The notes beneath the pieces are model-generated. The model saw nothing but the letters and a program-made list of their open reading frames with translations, was not told where the DNA came from and searched no databases. A stretch of 55,050 nucleotides of DNA from an uncultured Mycoplasma sp. (GTDB taxonomy: Bacteria > Bacillota_I > Bacilli_A > RF39 > UBA660). The stretch lies in the NCBI GenBank assembly GCA_964345805.1, contig CAYFSK010000001.1, positions 1 through 55,050 of the forward strand. The letters are read 5' to 3'. Position 1 is the first letter of the stretch. Each line of letters starts with the position of its first letter. Shown piece by piece: positions 47,444-55,050 of the stretch. The position numbers were made by a program, and so were the translations under genes.

Positions 47444-47472
47444 ATTATAACATGATATATTATAAAATTAAA
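47444..47472 (-). promoter_or_regulatory. Extended -10 promoter for the Abi_2-htrA unit
   Basis: TGTTATAAT on the minus strand (hexamer 47449..47444), directly after the rpsI terminator. Weak TTTAAT -35. Confidence 0.5.
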
Positions 47473-47504
47473 TAAAAAAACTCATAAACTTTTGTTTATG
47501 AGTT
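47473..47504 (-). terminator. Intrinsic terminator of rplM-rpsI
   Basis: AACTCATAAAC-AAAA-GTTTATGAGTT followed by TTTTTATTT on the minus strand. Confidence 0.8.
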
Positions 47505-47516
47505 AAAAGATTAATA

Positions 47517-47936
47517 TTAACGTTTACTAAATTGTGGAGCACGACGAGCTTTCTTAAGTCCGTATTTTTTTCTTTCTTTAACTCGAGCGTCTCTTGTAAT
47601 AAATCCTGCATTTTTTAATATTTTACGATAACTATTTTCTCTAGTTTGATCAGTATTTTTATCAAATTCAAGTAGTGCTCTTGTTATACCTAAACGAATT
47701 GCTCCAGTTTGACCTGCAAAACCACCACCAGTAACATCTACATCTACATCAAATCTATTAAGATTATCAGTAAGAACAAGTGGTTGAGTTAAATCCATAA
47801 CAAGTGTTTGATGAGGCATGTATTCATTAACATCTTTACCATTAACTGTAATATTACCTGTTCCTCCTGTTAAAGTAACTTTTGCAATACTTTGTTTTCT
47901 TCTACCTGTTGCATACCAAGTTTGTTTTTTAGCCAT
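47517..47936 (-). CDS. rpsI: 30S ribosomal protein S9
   Basis: 139 aa ending ...RRAPQFSKR. Confidence 0.95.
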   Translation of the reverse strand: MAKKQTWYATGRRKQSIAKVTLTGGTGNITVNGKDVNEYMPHQTLVMDLTQPLVLTDNLNRFDVDVDVTGGGFAGQTGAIRLGITRALLEFDKNTDQTRENSYRKILKNAGFITRDARVKERKKYGLKKARRAPQFSKR

Positions 47937-47945
47937 AATTTCCTC

Positions 47946-48377
47946 CTACTTTATTTCCATCTTTACTGGTTTTTGAGCTTCATGTTTATGATTTTCATCT
48001 TTATAAACAAATAACTTCCTAGCCATAGCTCTTCCTAAACTATTTTTTGGAAGCATTCCTTTAACTGCTCTTTCAACCATTTCTTCAGGATATTCATTAA
48101 GCATAGTCTTAGCATTTCTTTCTCTAAGTCCACCTGGATAGCCAGAATGGTTATAATATTTCTTATTTTCAAGTTTGTTACCACTTAGTTTAGCTTTAGA
48201 TGCGTTAATAATGATAACATAATCACCACAATCCACATGTGGAGTATAAGTTGGTTTATGTTTTCCTTTTAAAACAGTAGCTGCTTTTGTAGCAACTCTT
48301 CCTAAGAAATCTTCACTAGCATCTAAAATATACCAGTTTCTATTAATATTTTCTTTTGTTTGCATAAATGATTTCAT
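47946..48377 (-). CDS. rplM: 50S ribosomal protein L13
   Basis: 143 aa with conserved NRNWYILDA...KHKPTYTPH. Confidence 0.95.
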   Translation of the reverse strand: MKSFMQTKENINRNWYILDASEDFLGRVATKAATVLKGKHKPTYTPHVDCGDYVIIINASKAKLSGNKLENKKYYNHSGYPGGLRERNAKTMLNEYPEEMVERAVKGMLPKNSLGRAMARKLFVYKDENHKHEAQKPVKMEIK

Positions 48378-48454
48378 ATTAATTCCCTTTCATTATTACG
48401 CTATTTTAACTTCCCACGAAAAAATAACATAATAATTAAAATGTACCATTTAAA

Positions 48455-48483
48455 ATTATATGTTATTATGGCTTAAAAGTCAA
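48455..48483 (-). promoter_or_regulatory. Near-consensus sigma-A promoter for rplM-rpsI
   Basis: TTGACT (48483..48478) - N17 - TATAAT (48460..48455) on the minus strand, with a ~75-nt leader before the rplM start. Confidence 0.65.
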
Positions 48484-48520
48484 ATAAAATCACTTGTTTT
48501 ACCTGTATTTATGTTAACAA

Positions 48521-49237
48521 TTAATACCATATTTTATTTAGGTATAAACCTTGTGGTGGAGCAGTAGGTAAACTTTTTTTCTTATCTGGTTTGTTTACCA
48601 TATCATCAATATCTAAAAAACTTATTTTACACATCCCTACTTCAAGTAAGGCTCCTACTATATTTCTTACCATATATTTATAAAAATGACTTCCTATAAC
48701 CCTTATTTCAAGAGTATTAAATAATTTATTAATATTTATTGAATATATTATGGCTTTAGTATTATCTTTTTCTCCTGAAACAAAATTTTTAAAGTCATGA
48801 CTACCAACTAAAAACTTTGCTGCATCCCTCATTAAAGATATATCAAGAATATTTTTAGTTTGTAAATAATAATTATATAATGATGTCTTATATGGCCCTA
48901 TATTTATTTTATATACATATTCTTTTTTCTTAACTGAACTTCTTGCATGAAAATCATCTTTAACTTTAACTATTTTTTTTACAGTAATATTAGGTTTTAA
49001 AATTTGATTTAAACTTTTTACTAAATCTTTTTTAATTTCATCTTCATCAAAATGAACTACTTGATTATTAGCATGAACTCCAGCATCAGTTCTTCCTGAT
49101 CCCTTTACAATAATTGAATGATTATATACTTTAGATAAAGCTTTTTCTAAATAATTTTGAATACCACTACCATCTTTTTGTCTTTGAAAACCATTAAATT
49201 TAGAACCATCATAACTTAATACTAGCTTAATTCTCAT
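48521..49237 (-). CDS. truA: tRNA pseudouridine(38-40) synthase TruA
   Basis: 238 aa with SYDGSKFNGFQRQ and catalytic GRTDAGVHA. Confidence 0.9.
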   Translation of the reverse strand: MRIKLVLSYDGSKFNGFQRQKDGSGIQNYLEKALSKVYNHSIIVKGSGRTDAGVHANNQVVHFDEDEIKKDLVKSLNQILKPNITVKKIVKVKDDFHARSSVKKKEYVYKINIGPYKTSLYNYYLQTKNILDISLMRDAAKFLVGSHDFKNFVSGEKDNTKAIIYSININKLFNTLEIRVIGSHFYKYMVRNIVGALLEVGMCKISFLDIDDMVNKPDKKKSLPTAPPQGLYLNKIWY

Positions 49238-50151
49238 TTTTCTTCTCCTTTATTATTACTTTTATGTCTTTTAACCATATTATTTATTTTAATAAAATGA
49301 TGGTTAACTCCAGATTTACCAATATTATAATTATATTCCATAGATATAATTTGAGCAAGTTCCGTTAAAGATGCTTCAGGATATTTTTTTCTTGCTTCAA
49401 TAACAACTTTTGTTTTTTCATCAAGTAAATCTATTAAACTATTTTCCTCAAGATAGTTAATGGTTTTTATTTGTTTAATACCAGTTTCAATGCTCTTTGT
49501 TTGATTAGATATTTCACAATTATTAATTCGATTAACCATATTTTTATGATCACGATATATTCTTATATCTTCAAAGAAAAACATTGATGATGTTGCTTTA
49601 AAAAGTTTTAATAAATCACTTATATTATCACCTGATTTTAAATATACAACATGTTTATATCTTCTTTTTACTATTTTTGCATTAAAATTAAAACTTTGAA
49701 GTAATAACTTTATATATTTAGCTATTTTTTCATTATTACAAATATATTCTAAATGATAACCACTCGTTTGAGGATTAGAAATATTTCCTATTGCAAGAAA
49801 AGCACCTTGTAAAAAAGCAACTTTTTCTTCGCTTACATCAAGATTTTTAGGAGGTTTATCTAAATTAAAATAACTAGTCATTTCATTAAAGATTTCTTTT
49901 AAATTTAAAATATATATTTGTTTTACTCTAAATCTTTTTTGTATTCTAATTGTAATACCAGGTTTAATATCAAATATATATTTTATATTTGTATATATTT
50001 TTCTTGCAACCGATGCATTTTCTACTACAATTGATTTATTATTATTAATAATATTACTACATCTTAAAAAACCTTCAAGTTCATGATGAACTTCAAGAAT
50101 ATTAAAGTCTTTTTTGCTTATTTCCTCTTTTAAAGAAGTAGTAAATGTCAT
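49234..50151 (-). CDS. whiA: DNA-binding protein WhiA
   Basis: 305 aa with LAGLIDADG-like repeats (FLQGAFLAIGNISNP...GYHLE) and a C-terminal HTH. 4-nt overlap with truA. Confidence 0.85.
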   Translation of the reverse strand: MTFTTSLKEEISKKDFNILEVHHELEGFLRCSNIINNNKSIVVENASVARKIYTNIKYIFDIKPGITIRIQKRFRVKQIYILNLKEIFNEMTSYFNLDKPPKNLDVSEEKVAFLQGAFLAIGNISNPQTSGYHLEYICNNEKIAKYIKLLLQSFNFNAKIVKRRYKHVVYLKSGDNISDLLKLFKATSSMFFFEDIRIYRDHKNMVNRINNCEISNQTKSIETGIKQIKTINYLEENSLIDLLDEKTKVVIEARKKYPEASLTELAQIISMEYNYNIGKSGVNHHFIKINNMVKRHKSNNKGEEK

Positions 50152-50162
50152 ATTATCATTCC

Positions 50163-51302
50163 TTATTTTTTAAATTTATGAATAATTCTTAATAAGAGTG
50201 ATGTCTTAACTATCATAGCTCCTTTTGGACAAAATTCTTGACAGCAATAACATTTAATACATTTTAATCTATCAATTACCGGCTTGTTATTAACCATCTT
50301 TATTGCTTTAGCAGGACAAATTTCATCACATTTTCTACATCCTATACACTTTTTTGTTACTAAATGTGGTTTGTTAGCAAATAATTTTTCTCCAGCAGCA
50401 CTTCGAATCATACTTATAATTTTTTTATTTTCATCATAAAAATTTAATGATTTTGACTTCTTAATCAAATCAAAATCTTTAATAACATATTTTTCGATAT
50501 CATCATTTAATATTATATCATCTTTATTAAATAATTTTCTTTCTATGCTTTGGACAATTGTTTCAATAGTTTGATAGTCTGCTCCAATAACTTTAGATGA
50601 TATATAGTCAAGTGCATAAGGATTAGTTGATGCTAAAACAAGACCTATCTTTTTTGGCTTACCCATTGTTGGGCCATTTCCTTCCATACCAATAACAGCA
50701 TCAACAATATTTAAAGATGGTTTAAAGTACTCATTAATATCAATTAACATATTAGCAAAATCTCTAATGTCAGGAAAGCGATAATGATATTCTGGTTTTA
50801 CAGTTCCAGGAATAGCTCCAAACATATTTTTTACACTACAGCTTAATCCCATCATCCCGTGAGTTTTTAACTTACAAAAATTTATTATAAAATCCGCTTC
50901 ATCTAAATATTTAGTATACTCAAATGTCTTTAATGCTTTTGCTTCATCAAACACACCTTTTTCTATTTCAAAGTTATCGTTTAAGTCCGCGCCAGTCTCT
51001 TTCATTTTTGTTTCTTTATATACATGATTTAGAAAAGCTTTAGTATATAATCCACCTGGGCTATCACCAATAATTACCTTACATTTTCTTTCTTTTAAAT
51101 AATCTACTAAATATTTAATTAATAGAAAGTGGGTTGTAGCGCTTTTATCAGGATTCATAGCTGAAACTAAATTAGCTTTAATAATAACCTTTTTATTTTT
51201 AATATTTTTTAAAAATGGAAAAGAATTAACAACCTTTTTTATTGCTAATTTTCCTTCTTCATTATAATCATTACTTTTAAATATATATACTTTATTATCC
51301 AT
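50163..51302 (-). CDS. DUF362-domain protein with C-terminal 2x[4Fe-4S] ferredoxin domain
   Basis: Start set at MDNKVYIFKS (ATG 51302, 1 nt after the ychF stop); the longer track ORF overlaps ychF by ~100 nt. CIGCRKCDEICP and CIKCYCCQEFCP motifs present. Confidence 0.7.
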   Translation of the reverse strand: MDNKVYIFKSNDYNEEGKLAIKKVVNSFPFLKNIKNKKVIIKANLVSAMNPDKSATTHFLLIKYLVDYLKERKCKVIIGDSPGGLYTKAFLNHVYKETKMKETGADLNDNFEIEKGVFDEAKALKTFEYTKYLDEADFIINFCKLKTHGMMGLSCSVKNMFGAIPGTVKPEYHYRFPDIRDFANMLIDINEYFKPSLNIVDAVIGMEGNGPTMGKPKKIGLVLASTNPYALDYISSKVIGADYQTIETIVQSIERKLFNKDDIILNDDIEKYVIKDFDLIKKSKSLNFYDENKKIISMIRSAAGEKLFANKPHLVTKKCIGCRKCDEICPAKAIKMVNNKPVIDRLKCIKCYCCQEFCPKGAMIVKTSLLLRIIHKFKK

Positions 51303-51303
51303 A

Positions 51304-52404
51304 TTAAACATTAAACCTAAAATAACAGATGTCACCATCTTGCATCTGGTATTCTTTTCCTTCAAGGCGAAGTCTTCCTGCTTCTTTAACTTTTGCCTCA
51401 GATCCATACTTTTTTAAATCTTCAAAAGAAGTAACTTCTGCTTTAATAAAACCCTTTTCAAAATCAGAATGAATAATTCCTGCACACTTTGGTGCTTTCA
51501 TTCCCTTAGTAAAAGTCCACGCTCTTACCTCATCTTTACCGCTTGTAAAAAAGGTTGCAAGACCAAGTAAATCATAAGTTGCATATATTAATTTATCAAG
51601 GCCAGAATTATTTACACCAACACTTTTTAAATATTCTATTTTTTCTGCTTCATCAAATGAAGATAAATCTTCTTCCATTTTAGCACACATTACAACAACA
51701 CTATTTTTTTCTTTTTCAGCATGTTCTTTTACTAAAAGGGTATATTTATTATCTCCTACTGCTATTGTATCTTCATCAACATTAGCTGCATATATAATAG
51801 GTTTTGCCGTGATTAAATTAAAGTTTTTAATAATCTTTTCTTCATCTGGATTAAATTGTTTACTTCTAACAGCTTTATTATTTAATAGCATATCCTCGAG
51901 CTCTTTTAATAACTTTACTTCAAAAAGCATTTCTTTATCTTTAGTTGCTTCAGCTTTCTTTTCAATTTTTTCAAGTCTTGTTTGTACTATTTCTAAATCA
52001 GATAAAGCAAGTTCAATATTAATAATTTCAATATCTCTTATTGGATCAGTATTTCCTGATACATGAGTTATTTCAGGGTTATCAAAACATCTTACAACCT
52101 CAACAATAGCATCTACTTCTCTTACATGAGAAAGAAACTTATTACCAAGCCCTTCTCCTTTTGATGCACCCTTAACTAGTCCTGCAATATCAATAAATTC
52201 ATAAGTTGTTGGAACAAGACTTTTAGGCTCATACATTTCATTTAAAAAATCTAATCTTTCATCAGGTACTATTACAATTCCTACATTTGGCTCTATTGTT
52301 GCAAACGGATAGTTTGCAGCAATTACACTTTTCTTTGTAATAGCATTAAATAATGTTGATTTACCTACATTTGGCAAGCCAACAATTCCAGCTTTAAGTG
52401 ACAT
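51304..52404 (-). CDS. ychF: Ribosome-binding ATPase YchF
   Basis: 366 aa with GLPNVGKSTLFNA P-loop and a C-terminal TGS-like domain. Confidence 0.95.
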   Translation of the reverse strand: MSLKAGIVGLPNVGKSTLFNAITKKSVIAANYPFATIEPNVGIVIVPDERLDFLNEMYEPKSLVPTTYEFIDIAGLVKGASKGEGLGNKFLSHVREVDAIVEVVRCFDNPEITHVSGNTDPIRDIEIINIELALSDLEIVQTRLEKIEKKAEATKDKEMLFEVKLLKELEDMLLNNKAVRSKQFNPDEEKIIKNFNLITAKPIIYAANVDEDTIAVGDNKYTLLVKEHAEKEKNSVVVMCAKMEEDLSSFDEAEKIEYLKSVGVNNSGLDKLIYATYDLLGLATFFTSGKDEVRAWTFTKGMKAPKCAGIIHSDFEKGFIKAEVTSFEDLKKYGSEAKVKEAGRLRLEGKEYQMQDGDICYFRFNV

Positions 52405-52416
52405 ATTGTTTCCTTT

Positions 52417-53964
52417 CTAAATTGATACATAACCACCAATTCCAAGAGGTATTGACACTAAGTACCAAATAATAATTAATAATAATAATATCCCTGTTGT
52501 TGCAAAACTATATGGTGCTTGATATTTAAGTGATTTAAGTAAACTTAAATTGTTATCATCTTGTTTATACTTTTCTAAAAAGGCAAGATAAACAATAAAA
52601 TAAGCAAAAAATGGAGTAAGTCCTAATACTGAAGTTTCACCAAATCTAAATATTACTTGAGCAAATTCAACAGAAAGACCTGCGTTTAAAAAAGTTGGAA
52701 TAACTCCAGATGACATAATAGTCCATTTAGTAACTGAATTTGGAACTAAAAAAGTTGCAAGTGCAGTTAGTACAAATAGTAAAATACATAAAGCAAGACC
52801 ACTAAATTTTGAATTTACGATTAAAGTGGTAAAACCTGCAACAATTACATTACCTATATTTGTTTGTTTAAGAATACTAATGATAACAGATCCAACAAAA
52901 ATATATACAACTGTTTTTCCTATACCATTTAAACTATAACCAAGACTATCAACGAATTCTTTATCATTATTAATTGTTTTAGCACCAATTCCATATAATA
53001 AGCCCCATATAATAAAAAGCATCGTTATAATAAATACAAAACCATCTGCAAAAAACGATCCTTCACCAAATAGTTTATCAATATAAAATGTTTGAGAATA
53101 ATTTAAAAAATTACCTGAAAGTGGAAGACCAGGAATAATATTATAAATAAATAATATTAAATAAATAGCACTACCTAGTCCAGCAAGAACAAGTCCTCTT
53201 AATTCTAATTTATCTAAAATATTATCATCAAAAACTTCATTTTCATCAAATTCATATTTAGGTAATTTTGGAGCAATGTAGTTTTCTGTAATAAATGTTA
53301 TTGCAAGTGATACTAAAATAATAGCAATAATCATAATTAGTATTAATGATGTACTTTTAATAACATAAGCTGAATCAAGTATTCCAGCTGCCGCAATAGA
53401 TAATTTTGTTAATGTTGAGTCAATACTAGTAAATACAGAAGAAAGCCCATATCCACATGTTAAAGAGGCAAAAGAAGCTATTACTCCTAAGTTAGGGTTT
53501 CTCTTACCATACTTATAAATTAACGCAGCAAGAGGTATAAATGCTAAAAACGGTAGTGAATCCATTATACTTGCATTAACACCAACAAAAACAATTGTAA
53601 ATGTTATTGCAAATTTACTAGCTCGCTTGGTTAAAACACCAATTGCTGTTCTTAAAAAACCACTATATTCCATTACCCCTATTCCAAGTAATACTATTAG
53701 TAAATTAGATAAAACTACGTAATTAGCAAAATTTGATACTGTATTAGAGAAGATATATTTAATACCTCTTAAATTTAAAAGTGATGTTACTGATTCTGTT
53801 TTTGAAATAAAATCTTTAGAACCACTTACTAAAACATTGTATGTAGCAGAAAAATCAAGTAATTTTAGTATTGAACTTAAAAACACAATAATCGCTGCTA
53901 TGATTATAAATACAACAACAGGATGGAAAGATACTTTTTTTCTAATTTTCTTTCTCTTTGCCAT
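52417..53964 (-). CDS. AbgT-family transporter
   Basis: 515 aa, polytopic, with a basic N-terminus followed by a long hydrophobic core resembling AbgT/MtrF-type transporters. Family call is from overall pattern only. Confidence 0.6.
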   Translation of the reverse strand: MAKRKKIRKKVSFHPVVVFIIIAAIIVFLSSILKLLDFSATYNVLVSGSKDFISKTESVTSLLNLRGIKYIFSNTVSNFANYVVLSNLLIVLLGIGVMEYSGFLRTAIGVLTKRASKFAITFTIVFVGVNASIMDSLPFLAFIPLAALIYKYGKRNPNLGVIASFASLTCGYGLSSVFTSIDSTLTKLSIAAAGILDSAYVIKSTSLILIMIIAIILVSLAITFITENYIAPKLPKYEFDENEVFDDNILDKLELRGLVLAGLGSAIYLILFIYNIIPGLPLSGNFLNYSQTFYIDKLFGEGSFFADGFVFIITMLFIIWGLLYGIGAKTINNDKEFVDSLGYSLNGIGKTVVYIFVGSVIISILKQTNIGNVIVAGFTTLIVNSKFSGLALCILLFVLTALATFLVPNSVTKWTIMSSGVIPTFLNAGLSVEFAQVIFRFGETSVLGLTPFFAYFIVYLAFLEKYKQDDNNLSLLKSLKYQAPYSFATTGILLLLIIIWYLVSIPLGIGGYVSI

Positions 53965-54145
53965 TATTAATCACCTTTTTTAATTTCTTGTGAAATTCTA
54001 ATCTATCCATCATTATTTCTCTTCCACAATTTTTACATTTAATTTTAATATCTGCACCTACTCTAGTAATAATCCATAAGTTAGTTTTACATGCATGATC
54101 TTTTTTCATTATTACTTCATCATTAAGGCTATACTCTATTTTCAT
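53942..54145 (-). CDS. DUF951-family small protein (YyzM-like)
   Basis: 67 aa with HACKTNLWIITRVGADIKIKCKNCGREIMMDR, typical of DUF951. Conserved position between parB and ychF. Confidence 0.6.
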   Translation of the reverse strand: MKIEYSLNDEVIMKKDHACKTNLWIITRVGADIKIKCKNCGREIMMDRLEFHKKLKKVINNGKEKEN

Positions 54146-54146
54146 T

Positions 54147-55040
54147 TTAATCCTTTATTTCAATATTTAAAATTTCAAGAATCCTATTTAAATCAGTAAG
54201 AGAATCATAAAATATTTCTATTTTTTTATCATTTATTTTTACTTTATTACCTATGGTATCACTAAAAGCATCTTCATATATTTGATAATTATAAGAAGTT
54301 TTTTCTTTACTTTTCTTTTCTGTTTGCTTTCCAGATAATATTTTTTCAATATCTCTTACATTAAGTCCTTCTTTTTCAATTCTACTAGCAAGATTAATTA
54401 TCTTTTCTTCATCATCAAGTTTACTTAGACTTCTTGCATGACTCATTGAGATTTTTCCATCTTTTACTTTATCTTTAACAACTTCTGGTAACTTTAATAA
54501 ACCAAGTAAATTTGTTATATAACTTCTACTTTTACCAAGTCTTTGAGATACTTCCTCTTGGGTATAATTATGAAGTGAAATTATCTTATCAAGAGATACT
54601 GCTATATCTATAGGATTTAAATCTTCTCTTTGAATATTTTCCAGTAATGCTATTTCCATCATTTCTTGATCAGTAAAATCTTTAACAATTGCTGATATTT
54701 TATCAAGCCCAGCTATTTTAGCTGCTCTAACTCTTCTTTCACCAGCAATTATTTCATAACCATTAATACTTTTTTTAACAATTATTGGTTCTATTACCCC
54801 ATATACCTTAATAGAATCAGCAAGTTCATTTAATGACTCATCATTAAACGTTTTTCTTGGTTGATATGGATTAGAACGAATTTCATTTAAATTTATTTCT
54901 ATTGCATTACCTTTTTCTTCATTGACAATCTCAGTTTCAAAATTATCAAATGAAAAAGATGCGTTAGAAAATAATTCTTCCAAACCCTTCCCTAAAGCTT
55001 TTTTAAAAAAAAAAAAAAAATTTGCCACCCTGGCGAGCAA
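54147..55040 (-). CDS. parB: Chromosome partitioning protein ParB/Spo0J (5' end unresolved)
   Basis: ALGKGLEELF N-terminal box, IIAGERRVRAAKIAGL ParB box and an HTH. The frame stays open to the window edge. In-window candidate starts are TTG 55040 and GTG 55028, both upstream of a T16 tract in the mRNA. Confidence 0.85.
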   Translation of the reverse strand: MLARVANFFFFFKKALGKGLEELFSNASFSFDNFETEIVNEEKGNAIEINLNEIRSNPYQPRKTFNDESLNELADSIKVYGVIEPIIVKKSINGYEIIAGERRVRAAKIAGLDKISAIVKDFTDQEMMEIALLENIQREDLNPIDIAVSLDKIISLHNYTQEEVSQRLGKSRSYITNLLGLLKLPEVVKDKVKDGKISMSHARSLSKLDDEEKIINLASRIEKEGLNVRDIEKILSGKQTEKKSKEKTSYNYQIYEDAFSDTIGNKVKINDKKIEIFYDSLTDLNRILEILNIEIKD

Positions 55041-55050
55041 AATGATGATT

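Noticed and set aside
12851-51407. N-terminal extensions in the ORF track for rpsL, fusA, rplJ, rplK, the macro-domain gene, ftsE, ung, the MBL-fold gene, the DHHW gene, LysM-M23, rplI, the bPH gene, Abi_2 and DUF362
   Set aside because: In each case an internal start reproduces the conserved family N-terminus and has a properly spaced SD. The extension often consists of the SD or leader read in frame or begins at a GTG/TTG.
21158-52066. Further antisense or alternative-frame track ORFs: 21158..21403, 21366..21581, 24681..24875, 25529..25723, 26719..26979, 27846..28064, 28642..28959, 32505..32702, 38215..38397, 39731..39922, 40752..41111 and 51809..52066
   Set aside because: Same reasoning: they are nested in longer, motif-supported genes, and their composition is typical of out-of-frame AT-rich translation.
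1-55050. Possibility of Mollicutes-type genetic code 4 (UGA = Trp), given the extreme AT-richness
   Set aside because: All conserved genes are full length under code 11. Trp is encoded by TGG in conserved positions, and TGA functions as a stop (e.g. the MFS gene stop at 32908..32910 in an ATGA overlap with ung).

Overview
This is a very AT-rich, gene-dense bacterial chromosome segment read with the standard code. TGA acts as a stop (e.g. the ATGA junction at 32908..32911) and Trp is encoded by TGG. About 85% of the genes lie on the minus strand. The content is origin-proximal core genome of a low-GC Bacillota-type anaerobe: parB, DUF951, ychF, rpsF-ssb-rpsR, rplI-dnaB, yycJ-rlmH and htrA. PFOR and rubrerythrin point to an anaerobic lifestyle. 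FemAB, a MurJ-like flippase, FtsEX plus an M23 peptidase, a LysM-M23 peptidase and an MBOAT/DHHW pair show it has a cell wall. My guess is an Erysipelotrichales- or Mollicutes-related Bacilli lineage, which is inference only. I support about 57 protein-coding or pseudogene loci, one tRNA-Cys(GCA), a Phe T-box leader upstream of pheST, a candidate L10 leader with attenuator, and numerous sigma-A-type promoters and intrinsic terminators. I saw no rRNA, CRISPR array, transposase, integrase or prophage. The items most worth a second look are listed here. (1) A self-promoted operon pairs a SipW-type signal peptidase, which carries an unexplained ~188-aa C-terminal domain, with a 628-aa protein made of ~14 DxDxDG-type loops and a possible TasA-like tail. 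(2) Ribosomal protein L11 has a 67-aa acidic Ala/Glu-rich C-terminal extension. (3) The rplKAJL and rpsL-rpsG-fusA-tuf blocks are adjacent, but rpoBC is replaced by two small membrane-protein genes, one of them prepilin-like. (4) S12 carries Ile at the streptomycin-phenotype position P90. (5) An Abi_2/HEPN gene is wedged between rpsI and htrA, inside a small variable islet that also holds tRNA-Cys and a start-less gene remnant. (6) Three structured non-coding or homopolymer regions sit at 1..213, 2185..2382 and 54999..55050. All functional calls come from motif recognition by eye; no database search was run.
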